64,000 nt of DNA, from the NCBI RefSeq assembly GCF_963921235.1, contig NC_086107.1, forward strand, positions 111,292,001 through 111,356,000, read 5' to 3'. The notes under the pieces were generated by a model. That model saw nothing but the letters and a program-made list of their open reading frames with translations, searched no databases and was not told the origin of the DNA. Of this stretch, positions 12,759-25,817 are shown piece after piece. The position numbers were made by a program, and so were the translations under genes. The DNA comes from Mobula hypostoma (taxonomy: Eukaryota). The stretch's first letter is position 1, and each line of letters starts with the position of its first letter.

Positions 12759-13540
12759 TACAGTATATGTACACGAAAAAAAATTAAAATTTGGGCAAAA
12801 ACAGAAAAATAAAGTGAGGTAGTGTCCAAGAGTTCAATGTCCATTTAGGAATTGGATGGCAGAGGGGAAGAAGCTGTTCCTGGATCACTGAGTATGTGCC
12901 TTCAGGCTTCTGTACCTCTTTCCTGATGGTAACAATGAGAAGAGGGCATGTCCTAGGTGATGGGGGTCCTTACTAATGGACACCGCCTCTCTGAGGCACT
13001 GCTCCACAGAGATGTCTTGGATACTGTGGAGGCTAATTTTACAACTTTTTGTAGCTTCTTACGAACCTGTGCGGTAGTCCCCCGATACCAGATGGTGATG
13101 CAGCCAGACAGAATGCTCTAAACAGTACTTCTGTAGAAGTTTCTTAGTGTCTGAGGTGACAAACCAAATCCTCTCAAACTCCAAATGAAATCTAGTCGCT
13201 CTGAACAATGAAGGCCAACACGCCATTTGCCTTCTTAACCACCCTATCAACTTGCACGGCAACTTTGAGGGATCTATGGACGTGGACTCCAAGATACCTC
13301 TGTTCCTCCACACTGCCAGGAATCCTGCTATGAGCCTTGTACCCTGCCTTCATGTTCGACCTTCCACCGTAAACCACTTCACTCTTTTCTGGATGAACTC
13401 CGTCTGCCACTTCTCAGCCCAGCTCTGCATCCGATCAATGTCCTGTTGAAAGCTACGGCAACCTTCTACACTATCCACAACACCACCAACCTTTGAGATA
13501 TTGGAAACTTACTAACCCACCCTTCCACATCCTCATCCAA

Positions 13541-14192
13541 ATAGGAAGGAGGAGAAGACGGCGGCACGACGCAGCGCGCACGGCCGTCCCGAATGAATAT
13601 CGATATGTGTTAACTAGGGGCCGTGCACAATCCGGATTTGATGGAGACAGCCGTGAGAACCGTAGAGGAACATCTGGAGTAACTTCTGAAATGCCCGCTT
13701 CGCTGCCGCTGCTACTGTGCGATCCAGAATCTCCGGAGACGAAGGCCCCAAATCCTCGGCTTTGCGTATCGCCTGTTGCTGGGGCCGGGGTTGAAGCGCT
13801 CGGCAGAAATGGTGCTCGGTGCTCGGTGTCGAAGAGGTGGTCGGAGGCTCAGAGTTTTTGGACGGATTCAGAGTCGGACTGTGGTCGGATGCTTCCGGAA
13901 TTCTGCATCGGCAAGTTGACAGCGCTGGAGGTTTACCGTCTGCGTGAGATGATGGGACTTTCAAGAGACTTTGAGACTTTTTACTGTGCCATGGTCTGTT
14001 CTTATCAAATTACGGTGTTGCTTTGCACTGTCGTAACTATATGTTATAATTATGTGGTTTTTTTGTTAGTTTTTAAGTTGGTTTGTCATGTGTTTTCGTG
14101 ATATCATTTTGGAAAAACGTATCATTTCTTAATGCATGCATTACTCAATGACAATAAAAGGGGACTGCGTGTCCTCATAATCATAATAATAA
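13541..14192 (+). mobile_element. ~640-bp non-coding retroposon inserted in a CR1 fragment; relatives at 26221-26880(-) and 34222-34820(-)
   Basis: Three colinear copies with a GC-rich head (GAAGACGGCGG..) and a shared 3' end AATGACAATAAAA..GGACTG.GTGT.CTCATAATC. Confidence 0.75.
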
Positions 14193-15007
14193 TGTCATTT
14201 ATAAGAATCACAAGGAGCAGGAGTCCCAGAACAACGTTCTGCTCTATCTCCTCTGAACCCTCTCTAAAGCTCACGCATCCTTCCTGGAATGAGGTGGCCA
14301 GAATTGAAGGCAACACTCCAAGTTTCACTGCTTTGCTTTTTGGCCCCCTGGAATACTTCTTTGTGCATGGATTCAAAGTCCGAATAAGCATGCACAGATT
14401 ACCATATACTACCCTGACATTCATTTTCTTGCAGGCATTCACAGTAGAACAGAGAAATACAGTAGAATCAATCGGAAAACTAAACACAAACAAAAACCGA
14501 CAAACAACCAATGTGCAAAAGAAACTCTGCAAATAAAAATAATACTAACGATAAATTAATAAGTAAATAAATAATACTGAGATTATCCTCGCTACAAATA
14601 GGTTAGTTTTGTTAAACTCACAATATGCTGGAGGAACTCAGCAGGCCGGGCAGCGTCAATGGAAAAGAGTAAACAGTTAACGTTTCGGGCCGGGACCCTT
14701 CATCAGGGATGGAAATAAAGAGGAGAAGTCAGAGTAAGAAGGAAGGGGGAGGGGAGGAAGAAGTACAAGGTGGCAGGTGATAGGTGAAACTGGGAGGGGG
14801 GAGAGAGTGAAGTAAAGAGCTGGGAAATTGGTTGGGGAAAGAGATTTGCTTTGAAAGAGGTCTCTAGTTTATGTTCTGTGAAATTATTTAACTTGTTACT
14901 CGCAGGATTGCTTTGCTCGACAGTGATCTACTTCTCTGAGATTTGTTTTAGCGGTTTACTGTATGTAGATTTACTTTGTACTGGGCATTCTGCACAGAAC
15001 ACAGATT

Positions 15008-15556
15008 TACACTCAGTAGCGCCATTTTTAGCTACCTCCTGTACCTAATAAAGTGGCCACTGAGTGTATGTTCATGGTCTTCTGCTGCTGTAGCCCATCC
15101 ACTTCAAGGTTCAACGTGTTGTGCATTCAGAGATGTTCTTCTCTACATCACTGTTGTAATGTGTGGTTATTTGAGTTACTGTCACCTTCCTGTCAGCTTG
15201 AAGTGTGTGGCCATTCTCCTCTGATATCTCCCATTAACGAGTCACTTTCACCCTCAGAACTGGATGTCTTTTTTTTTTTGTTTCTTGCATCATTCTTGCT
15301 CGAAACTGCCGTGCATGAAAATCCCAGAAAATTAGCAGCAATTTCCTAAAATATTCAAACAACACCACCCGGTACCACCAATCATTCCATGGTCAAAGTC
15401 AGTTAGATCATTTTTCTTCCCAGTTCCAATGTTCGGTCTGAAAAACAACTGAAACTCTTGACCATGTCTGCATGCTTTTATACACTGAGTTGTTGCCAGC
15501 TGATTGGCTGATTAGATATTTGCGTCAACAGTCAAGTGTACAAGTGGACCATGAGT
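15008..15556 (-). mobile_element. Non-autonomous Tc1 derivative (N-terminal transposase remnant)
   Basis: TA-CACTCAGT.. TIR; colinear with 31387-31948 and 45730-46000. Confidence 0.8.
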
Positions 15557-16220
15557 TGACCTTCAAGAGAGGTAGGTACCATGTGATATGTACCAGCCCC
15601 ATGGTTTATTTACTCGCTGTCTCCCTACCTTTTTATTCTGGCTTTTGCCCTCTTTCTTTCCCGTCCTGATGAAGGGTCCTTCTTTAGCCTGCTGGTGGTG
15701 AATCTGTGGAATTCACTGCCACAGACTGCTGTGGCAGCCAAGTCATTGGATATGTTTAAAGCAGAGGGTTGGTAAGTTCTTGATTAGTCAGGGCGTCAAA
15801 GGTAATGGGAAGAAGTCAGAAGAATGGGGTGGAGAGGGATAATATATCAGCCATGATGGAACGTCAGCACAGACTCAATGGGCTGAATGGCCTTATTGCG
15901 TTCCTATGTCTTATGGTCTTATGGGTCTCAGCCCGAAGTGATGTCTGTCCATTTTCCTCCACTGATGCTGATTGACCCGGTAAGTTCCTCCAGCATTTTT
16001 TGTGTTGGGAGCATTTAATAGGCAGCGGGAGCTTATCCCCACCACCTCCCCTCACCAATGACAACTTTAAAGAACCATGTAGCACTTACATTTGGGAATA
16101 ATACAAGAGATATCCATGCTTGATTGACAATTCAGAATCATCCCATCATGCCACTTGGAAGGCGGGATGCAGTGTGATGGACGGGTCTGAAGTCCAATGG
16201 GGGAGTGAGGGTCGGAGGTC

Positions 16221-17921
16221 ATAGAAACATAGAAACATAGAAAATAGGTGCAGGAGTAGGCCATTCGGCCCTTCGAGCCTGCACCGCCATTTATTATGAT
16301 CATGGCTGATCATCCAACTCAGAACCCTGCACCAGCCTTCCCTCCATACCCCCTGATCCCCGTAGCCACAAGGGCCATATCTAACTCCCTCTTAAATATA
16401 GCCAATGAACTGGCCTCAACAGTTTGCTGTGGCAGAGAATTCCACAGATTCACCACTCTCTGTGTGAAGAAGTTTTTCCTAATCTCGGTCCTAAAAGGCT
16501 TCCCCTCTATCCTCAAACTGTGACCCCTTGTTCTGGACCTCCCCAACATCAGGAACAATCTTCCCGCATCTAGCCTGTCCAATCCCTTTAGGATTTTATA
16601 CGTTTCAATCAGATCCCCCCTCAATCTTCTAAATTCCAACGAGTACAAGCCCAGTTCATCCAGTCTTTCTTCATATGAAAGACCTGCCATCCCAGGAATC
16701 AATCTGGTGAACCTTCTTTGTACTCCCTCTATGGCAAAGATGTCTTTCCTCAGATTAGGGGACCAAAACTGCACACAATACTCCAGGTGTGGTCTCACCA
16801 AGGCCTTGTACAACTGCAGTAGTACCTCCCTGCTCCTGTACTCGAATCCTCTCGCTATAAATGCCAGCATACCATTCGCCTTTTTCACTGCCTGCTGTAC
16901 CTGTGTGCCCACTTTCAATGACTGGTGTATAATGACACCCAGGTCTCGTTGCACCTCCCCTTTTCCTAATCGGCCACCATTCAGATAATAATCCGTTTTC
17001 CTGTTTTTGCCACCAAAGTGGATAACCTCACATTTATCCACATTAAATTGCATCTGCCATGAATTTGCCCACTCATCTAACCTATCCAAGTCACCCTGCA
17101 TCCTCTTAGCATCCTCCTCACAGCTAACACTGCCGCCCAGCTTCATGTCATCCGCAAACTTGGAGATGCTGCATTTAATTCCCTCGTCTAAGTCATTAAT
17201 ATATATTGTAAACAACTGGGGTCCCAGCACTGAGCCTTGCGTTACCCTACTAGGCACTGCCTGCCATTCTGAAAAGGTCCCGTTTATTCCCACTCTTTGC
17301 TTCCTGTCTGCCAACCAATTCTCTATCCACATCAATACCATACCCCCAATACCGTGTGCTTTAAGTTTGCACGCTAATCTCCTGTGTGGGACCTTGTCAA
17401 AAGCCTTTTGAAAATCCAAATATATCACATCCACTGGTTCTCCCCTATCCACTCTACTAGTTACATCCTCAAAAAATTCTATGAGATTCGTCAGACATGA
17501 TTTTCCTTTCACAAATCCATGCTGACTTTGTCTGATCATTTCACCGCTTTCCAAATGTGCTGTTATCACATCTTTGATAACTGACTCCAACATTTTCCCC
17601 ACCACCGATGTTAGGCTAACCAGTCTATAATTCCCTGGTTTCTCTCTCCCACCTTTTTTAAAAAGTGGGGTTACATTAGCCACCCTCCAATCCTCAGGAA
17701 CTAGTCCAGAATCTAAAGAGTTTTGAAAAATTATCACTAATGCATCCACTATTTCTTGGGCTACTTCCTTAAGCACACTGGGATGCAGACCATCTGGCCC
17801 TGGAGATTTATCTGCCTTTAATCCCTTCAATTTACCTAACACCACTTCCCTACTAACATGTATTTCCCTCAGTTCCTCCATCTCACTAGACCCTCAGTCC
17901 CGTACTATTTCCGGAAGATTA
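16221..17921 (-). mobile_element. Young CR1 LINE, 5'-truncated, open RT ORF 16319-17881
   Basis: KSPGPDG, YLDFQKAFDKV, QGSVLGP, KFADD and RPHLEYC motifs; (TTTCTATG)n tail. Confidence 0.95.
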
Positions 17922-18220
17922 ATTTCCACAAGGTTATGGTCCTTCCATCCTCTCTCCACATTCAGAACAGGCTTCCCCTCTAACCCAGGCACTGGTTATA
18001 CTTTACCATTCTCCTCCAGTCCCTAGTCGGTTCTGGTAAATTTGGGACACGTCAGGACCAGTACATGTTGGCCCAATTAAGCGGCTGCCTCAATTAGCCC
18101 GTTTCAAGGAAATAGTTAAAAAAAAGTATAAAAGACAAACTACCATTTAACAGAGCATCAAATCATGTATTTAAATGAAATACAGAACACATTAGAACAC
18201 TACCAATACTACTGGTAGTA

Positions 18221-18665
18221 TCTGACAACAACAGGAAACCTGTGCAGGAGAGTTTTTAAAGGAAATAGCCACTGCGCTGGGGCAGTTCCATCCTCTTGAC
18301 CTTGGAGGTCCGGGTCCAGTGTGATGATCGGTCATCACAAACTGGGGGTCTTTCATATTTTTACAGTGGGTGACGGTGACGTCTCTCGTGCCTTGTCATG
18401 CCCTTTATTCTCCACAGAGCATCGCAAAACCGCCTTCCTTGCCTTTGGATCTCACTGGAGATCTTATCCCCCCAGTCTGCTGAAGTTGACTTCACATGCT
18501 AGGACACGCATGACCCTATCTCACATGGGGTATAAGACCTGCTGACTACCCTCACCTGGTTTAGCCCACCTGCCAAACCGGTGCACAGGGGCGTGGCTGC
18601 TGTCACATGGCAACAGCTACTTGGAGCCACATGTGAGAGATGAGTGTCTGATGGGGACCAAAGGT
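18221..18665 (-). mobile_element. Non-autonomous RTE derivative with a decayed HDV-like ribozyme 3' half
   Basis: Homologous to 29900-30140; retains GUGGCUCC..GCCACGCCCC..GGCUAAACCAGGUGAG on the minus strand. Confidence 0.65.
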
Positions 18666-18912
18666 AACATTCAGGATGATTGTCAATGCCTTCAAATTTT
18701 TCATAGTTCCTAACTTGGCGAAGTAGTGAAATCGTTTCACTTTCACTCCAGGCTGTTTCTGGCATCTCCAAGCCTGAATACTTGAAACCGCAGTAAACAA
18801 AACAGTTCTAAGTTGTCTTTCTGCTTATTTCTCACCAACTATCGGTGACTGGTTTTTGAACACAAACACATGCAACGGACACTATGTAAAAGCTGATCAC
18901 TCTAGGTAAAGT

Positions 18913-19522
18913 TCTGCCCGCCCCCCCCCTTCACCATTCCCCATTCCTATTTCCCTCTCTCACCTTATCTCCACACCTGCCCATCACGTCCCTCTGGTAC
19001 TTTTCCCTCTTCCCTTTTTTCCATGGCCTTCTGTCCTCTCCTATCAGATTCCCCCTTCTCCAGACCTTTATCTCTTTCACCAATCAACTTCCCAGCTCTT
19101 TATTTCACTCCCCCGCCTCTTCGGGATTCATCTCCTTCTTCCTCCCCTACCCCCACCTTCTTACTCTGACTTCTCGCCTCCTTTTTCCAGTCCTGATGAA
19201 AAGTCTCGGCCTGAAACGTCGACTGTTTACTCTTTTCCATAAGACGCTGCCTGACCTGCCGAGTTCCTCCAGCATTTGAATTGAATTGAATTGACTTTAT
19301 TTCTTACACCCCTCACGTACATGAGGAGTAAAAATTTTTACGTTACGTCTCCATCTAAATGTGCAATGTGCAATCATAGTAATCTATAATAAATAGAACA
19401 GTCAAAGTAATATAGAGCACACTGAAATCAGCGTGAGTTCACCAGTCTGATGGCCTGGTGGAAGAAGCTATCCTGGAGCCTGTTCGCCCTGGCTTTTATT
19501 CATTGTGAATTTTGTGTGTATT
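18913..19522 (+). mobile_element. Penelope pseudo-LTR insertion with a nested LINE tail at about 19278-19505
   Basis: Pyrimidine-rich pLTR flanked by ACTCTAGGTAAAGT (18899-18912) and ACTCTAAGTAAGGT (19523-19536), a 12/14 TSD-like repeat. Confidence 0.75.
19188..19225 (+). ncRNA. Minimal type I hammerhead ribozyme motif
   Basis: CAGUC-CUGAUGA-A-AAGUCUCGGCCU-GAAA-CG-UC-GACUG; one mismatch in stem II. Confidence 0.65.
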
Positions 19523-20568
19523 ACTCTAAGTAAGGTGTAGCTTCCAATGGCCACACAGATGTACACGACAGGCACGAGCTGGAACCTGCTCAGCAAGTCT
19601 CCTGTCCCGATTAAGCGACGTCGTTTCCCAAATAAACAAGGAGAATCCTGGGAATTTTCTCGATTTATTTTTGTTCTTTGAGTGGTCACAAGTAAACGGC
19701 TGCCCTGATTAACTGATTGGTCAGAATTCACTGTATTGCCGTGATTATCCAAAACCCTGTTAATAGTTGTGGTTTTTTCTTTCCAATTTCCTTTGGGCAT
19801 CTCCTTGGCCAATTTCCTCCCAGGGTCTGCACTATTACAAAGGTCTTGTGGTTACTTACTATGTCTGGATCACACAGCTCTTGGCAATTGGGGTCAAATA
19901 TGCTTATGCTTTTGGTAGTTTATAAAAAAAGCCTGGGGTCAGACTGGATAGGAAGTTCTGGCACAGCAAGTGTTGCGTCACAACTTATCTTTCCCAGAAA
20001 ACGAAGGACCCATGGCTTCCCAGAAAGGGAGTGTCCTCTGTTTGCACACACATACTGCTGTCGGCACCCAGCAGAGGGTCAAGCCCGATACTGAACAGGA
20101 GCCTCCTCTTCAACACAGGGCTTTGTGTCAACTGATGCTCATTCAGCTTATGATGCATTTTAAATATAAATTTGACCCAAGCATTTAGTTGCTGTTTTAA
20201 ATATAAATAAATGTTTCTTTTCTGTCCTTGTCAATATGTCTGGTAGAGGCATCAAGTCTTGACCAGACATATTGATCAACATGCAAAGAAAAGAGCTTTT
20301 CCTCGTGGCAAAGCATAGAACGTAAGACATAGCAGCAGAATATGGCCATTCTTCCCATCGAATTTGCTCCTCCATTCTATCATAGCTGATTTATTACCTC
20401 TCTCAACCCCACTATCCTGCCTACTCTCTGCAACTTTGACGCCCTTACTAATCAAGAACCTATCAATCTTCACTTCAGAAAATAGTCAGTGGCTTGGCAT
20501 TCATAGCTGTCTGTGGCAACGAATTCCACAATCCCTCCAGCTAAAGAAAATCCTCCTCATCTCTGTTC

Positions 20569-21112
20569 TAGTCATAGTCATAGTCATATTTTATTGATCC
20601 CAAGGGAAATTGGGTTCCGTTACAGTTGCACCAACCAAGAATAGAGTATAAATATAGCAATATAAAACTATAAATAATAATATGTAAATTATGCCAGGAA
20701 ATAAGTCCAGGACCAGCCTATTGGCTCAGGGTGTCTGACCCTCCGAGGGAGGAGTTGTAAAGTTTGATGGCCACAGGTAGGAATGACTTCCTATGACGCT
20801 CTGTGTTGCATCTCGGTGGAATGAGTCTCTGGCTGAATGTACTCCTGTGCCCACCCAGTACATTATGTAGTGGATGGGAGACATTGTCCAAGATGGCATG
20901 CAACTTGGACAGCATCCTCTTTTCAGACACCACCGTGAGAGAGTCCAGTTCTATCCCCACAACATCACTGGCCTTATGAATGAGTTTGTTGATTCTGTTG
21001 GTGTCTGCTACCCTCAGCCTGCTGCCCCAGCACACAACAGCAAACATGATCGCACTGGCCACCACAGACTTGTAGAAGATCCTCAGCATCGTCCGGCAGA
21101 TGTTACAGGACC
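20569..21112 (-). mobile_element. Young Rex1/Babar LINE 3' fragment inserted in a CR1 fragment
   Basis: Near-identical to 12230-12758; (ATGACT)n tail. The ORF 20718-21227 is a CR1/Rex chimera. Confidence 0.9.
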
Positions 21113-22422
21113 TAAAGGGACGTTCTTCCTTTCCGAGGCTGTGCCCTCTGGTCCTATACTCTCCCACTATCGGAAACATCCTCTCCACATCCGCTCTATC
21201 TAGGGCTATTAAAACTTCAGCAGTCACTTCAAGGTCTCAGAGGAGTGTCTCACTCCCTGTGTTCCGCTCTCTGGAGGAAGGCTCAGGGTCCACAGGAGTT
21301 GCCACTCACTGGCCAAGCCTGGTACCATAAATAACTCAATTCACAGAAACAGGTAAAACACTGAAGTGGTTGGCGAGACTGATGCTGAGAGGATGATTAC
21401 TTTTGCTCGAGACTGAACCAGAAGGCAGATTCTCAGGACAGGTTGCTCCCTCAGGAATTCATTGTATACCAACTGGTTGTGATCTTTTGGGTATAATTAC
21501 AACAGTGATTCCACTTCAAAGCTGCTTCACGGATTTATGGCAGGTGTACACGCGTACCCAATAAAGTGGCCACTGAGTGCATATGTACTTTGATAATAAA
21601 TTTATTTTGAACTTTTTGAACATTCAACTTTGAGTAACAACTATAGGCCCAGAACAGCCCTGGCTGCCCCTGTCCTAACTTCAGTTTTCCAGCTGAACAG
21701 CTCTGACTCTAACAGCCTTTACGCACTATTCCCACTCTCATATCCTCACTGGCACTGTGATAGCATTGCTCTACTTGCCCTTCTCCCTGGATCACGTGAT
21801 TCAAAAAGAGCTTATTGTCATCTGCACAAGAACAGTGAGATACAGGTACAATGAAAAACTTACTTGGCAGCATCACAGGCTTGTATATATATGATGGCAT
21901 AAACACCGATTCCTCCAACATGCAGTAATTCTTTCCCCTCCCCCTTCCCTCTTCTCCATTTTCTTGACCCCTTCCCCTCAGCTGCCTATCATCCTCCCCC
22001 TGGTGCCTCTCCTCCTTCCCATTTCTCCCATGGTCCACACTCAACTCCTAACAGATTCCTCCTTCTTCAGCCCTTTGCCTTTTCCACCAATCACCTTCTA
22101 GCTTCTTACTTCATCACCTCTCCTCCATTTACCTTCTTACTCTGGCTTCTTCCCCCCTCCTTTGAAGAAGAGTCTTGGCCCAAAACGTCGACTGCTTATT
22201 CATTTCCATCGATGCTGCCCGACCTGTTGACTTCTGTCAGCATTTTCTGTGAGTTGCTCTGAATTAGACAACACAGGAAATAAACTATGCACAAATTATA
22301 CATAAAATACCAGTCAGTGAACTAAAACAGAATCATAGTCAAAAAGAAAACAGGACAGAATTAGTTACTACTGAATGCAACAGATGGTCCATAGTGTTCC
22401 AATGCTGAGTTGGGGCTAGATT

Positions 22423-22662
22423 TGGGTTGAGAGTTGGGTTGAAAGTTGGGTTGAGAGTTGGGTTGAAAGTTGTGGGTTTGGAGTTGGGTTGGGAGTTGGG
22501 TTGGGAGTTGGGTTGGGAGTTGGGTTGGGAGTTGGGTTTGGAGCTGGGTTTGGAGTTAGGGTTAGAGGGGGGTTAGAGGGGGGTTAGAGTTGGGGTTAGA
22601 GTTGGGGTTAGAGCTGGGGTTAGAGCTGGGGTTAGAGCTGGTTTAGAGCTGGGGTTAGAGCT
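22423..22662 (+). repeat. G-rich 12-13 bp minisatellite with a unit gradient
   Basis: GGGTTGAGAGTT changes to GGGTTGGGAGTT and then to GGGGTTAGAGCT along the array. Confidence 0.9.
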
Positions 22663-22850
22663 GAGCAGCTCAGGTTTGAGAACCTGATGGTTGGAGGAAA
22701 GCAGCTGTTCCTGAACCTGGTGACATGGGGACTTTGGTAACTCCTGTCAGATGGCAGCATCAAGATCATGAATTCTTCTCTGAACACCTTTGCTCTGTCC
22801 ACCGTGGAGGCGGGATCTCTCAGGGACCAGCCATTTTAATATCACCAGCA

Positions 22851-24632
22851 GGTGAATTGATTATGGGGAGCAAGGACATGGCAGACCAATTGAATAATTA
22901 CTTTGGTTCTGTCTTCACTAAGGAGGACATAAATAATCTTCCAGAAATAGTAAGGGACAGAGGGTCCAGTGAGATGGAGGAACTGAGTGAAATACATGTT
23001 AGTAGGGAAGTGGTGTTAGGTAAATTGAAGGGATTGAAGGCAGATAAATCCCCAGGGCCAGATGGTCTGCATCCTAGAGTGCTTAAGGAAGTAGCCCAAG
23101 AAATAGTGGATGCATTAGTGATAATTTTTCAAAACTCGTTAGATTCTGGACTAGTTCCTGAGGATTGGAGGGTGGCTAATGTAACCCCACTTTTTAAAAA
23201 AGGAGGGAGAGAGAAACCGGGGAATTATAGACTGGTTAGCCTAACGTCGGTGGTGGGGAAACTGCTGGAGTCAGTTATCAAGGATGTGATAACAGCACAT
23301 TTGGAAAGCGGTGAAATGATCGGACAAAGTCAGCATGGATTTGTGAAAGGAAAATCATGTCTGACGAATCTCATAGAATTTTTTGAGGATGTAACTAGTA
23401 GAGTGGATAGGGGAGAACCAGTGGATGTGGTATATTTGGATTTTCAAAAGGCTTTTGACAGGGTCCCACACAGGAGATTAGTGTGCAAACTTAAAGCACA
23501 CGGTATTGGGGGTAAGGTATTGGTGTGGGTGGAGAATTGGTTAGCAGACAGGAAGCAAAGAGTGGGAATAAACGGGACCTTTTCAGAATGGCAGGCGGTG
23601 ACTAGTGGGGTACCGCAAGGCTCAGTGCTGGGACCCCAGTTGTTTACAATATATATTAATGACTTGGATGAGGGAATTAAATGCAGCATCTCCAAGTTTG
23701 CGGATGACACGAAGCTGGGTGGCAGTGTTAGCAGTGAGGAGGATGCTAAGAGGATGCAGGGTGACTTGGATAGGTTGGGTGAGTGGGCAAACTCATGGCA
23801 GATGCAATTTAATGTGGATAAATGTGAAGTTATCCACTTTGGTGGCAAAAATAGGAAAACAGATTATTATCTGAATGGTGGCCGATTAGGAAAAGGGGAG
23901 GTGCAACGAGACCTGGGTGTCATTATACACCAGTCATTGAAAGTGGGCATGCAGGTACAGCAGGCAGTGAAAAAAGCGAATGGTATGCTGGCATTTATAG
24001 CGAGAGGATTCGAGTACAGGAGCAGGGAGGTACTACTGCAGTTGTACAAGGCCTTGGTGAGACCACACCTGGAGTATTGTGTGCAGTTTTGGTCCCCTAA
24101 CCTGAGGAAAGACATCTTTGCCATAGAGGGAGTACAAAGAAGGTTCACCAGATTGATTCCTGGGATGGCAGGACTTTCATATGAAGAAAGACTGGATGAA
24201 CTGGGCTTGTACTCGTTGGAATTTAGAAGATTGAGGGAGGATCTGATTGAAACGTATAAGATCCTAAAGGGATTGGACAGGCTAGATGCAGGAAGATTGT
24301 TCCCGATGTTGGGGAAGTCCAGAACGAGGGGTCACAGTTTGAGGATAGAGGGGAAGCCTTTTAGGACCAAGATTAGGAAAAACTTCTTCACACAGAGAGT
24401 GGTGAATCTGTGGAATTCTCTGCCACAGCAAACTGTTGAGGCCAGTTCTTTGGCTATGTTTAAGAGGGAGTTAGATATGGCCCTTGTGGCTATGGGGGTC
24501 AGGGGGTATGGAGGGTAGGCTGGGGCGGGGTTCTGAGTTGGATGATCAGCCATGATCATAATAAATGGTGGTGCAGGCTCGAAGGGCCGAATGGCCTACT
24601 CCTGCACCTATTTTCTATGTTTCTATGTTTCT
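22851..24632 (+). mobile_element. Young CR1 LINE, 5'-truncated, open RT ORF to 24518
   Basis: Full RT motifs (GVPQGSVLGP, KFADD) and (TTTCTATG)n tail. It splits an older repeat at ..TTTAATATCACCAGC|ATATGTCATG.. Confidence 0.95.
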
Positions 24633-25596
24633 ATATGTCATGAAGTTCATTAACTTAGCAGCAGCAGTACAACGCAATACATGACTAATAAAGAGAAAAA
24701 AATAAATCAATCAATATGTATATATACATAAAATAGTTAAATTAAAAATAGTGCAAAAACTGAAAAAAAATGTTCATGGGTTCAATGTCCATTCAGAAAT
24801 GGGATGGCAGAGGGGAAGAAGCTGTTCCTGAATCACTGAGTGTGTGCCTTCAGGTTCCTGTACCTCCTTCCTGATGGTAGCAATGAGAACAGTGCATGGC
24901 CTGGGTGGTGGGGGTCCTTAATGATGGACACCGCCTTTTAGAGGCATTGCTCCTTGAAGATGTCCTGGATGCTGGGGAGATTAGTTACCATGATGGAGCT
25001 GACTGAGTTCACAACTTTCACCAGCTTATTTCGATTCTGTGCAGTACCTCCATCCCCATACCTGACGGTGATGTAGCGAATCAGAATAGACGGAATGCTC
25101 TCCACGGTACAAGATTTTGAGTGTTTTAGGTGACAAACCAAATTTCCTTGAACTCCTAATGAAATATAGCCACTGTCTTGCCTCCTCCATTACCTTAACT
25201 CTTTCCCCTCCTTCACTGTCTCCATCTTCCCATCCCCCTCACACCCCTTCATCAGTTCCTCTCCCCTCTCCCTCCCTTAATGTCATGCTGAACGTTCCTC
25301 TCTTGCCAGGCTCCATCATCTTCAGCTGTTTGTTGCTTCCATCTCTCACCCCTCCGGTTTCTGATATCATTCCCACTCAGCTGCCTGTCACCCGCCAGCT
25401 TTTGCTCCGTCCCTTCCCTCCACCTCTTTGTACTCTCTCCACGCTTTCTTTCAGTTCAGTTGAGGAACCTTGGCCTGAAACGTTGTCCATTTCCCTCCAC
25501 AGATGCTGTCTGATCTGCTAAGTCCCTCCAGTGTTTTGGCTCCAGATTTCAGCATCTGTGTTCATGTGTGTGTTCATGAATTCCCCTTATTCACAT

Positions 25597-25817
25597 CTCA
25601 CAGTATTCCAACATCATAGCCCAAAATCGCCATTGCTACGGACCAGCGCTGGTTCTCTTCTCCCTGACTCACAGTATTCCCACATCATATCCCAAAATTC
25701 CTATTGCTTTGGACCAGCGCTGGCTCCCTTTTCCCTGTCTCACAGTATTTCCACATCATAGCCCAAATTTCCATTGCTACGGACCAGCACTGGCTCCCCT
25801 TAACCCGCGTCTCACAC
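25597..25817. repeat. 71-bp tandem repeat, about 3.1 copies
   Basis: Units start with CTCACA at 25597, 25668, 25739 and 25811. Confidence 0.9.

Larger units (their letters stand above)
18024..19735. mobile_element. Tigger/pogo-like element carrying nested RTE, Penelope and Rex-type insertions
   Basis: Left end similar to 3330; right end GAATTCACTG-TA at 19724-19735. Confidence 0.6.

Noticed and set aside
13493..14101. 202-aa ORF as a gene
   Set aside because: It lies in a multi-copy repeat and the frame is not preserved in the other two copies.
16707..17411. Antisense ORFs over CR1 and Rex copies (also 23444-24148, 50509-50908, 12210-12532)
   Set aside because: These are shadow frames of RT coding sequence.
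22423..22662. True interstitial telomere
   Set aside because: Only one exact TTAGGG context is present and the period is 12-13 bp.
22725..24518. 597-aa ORF as a host or domesticated gene
   Set aside because: It is a 5'-truncated CR1 RT from 22851. The N-terminal ~42 aa are chance read-through of Rex and Penelope fragments.
25597..25817. CRISPR-like array
   Set aside because: Whole units repeat with no unique spacers, there are no cas genes, and the context is eukaryotic.
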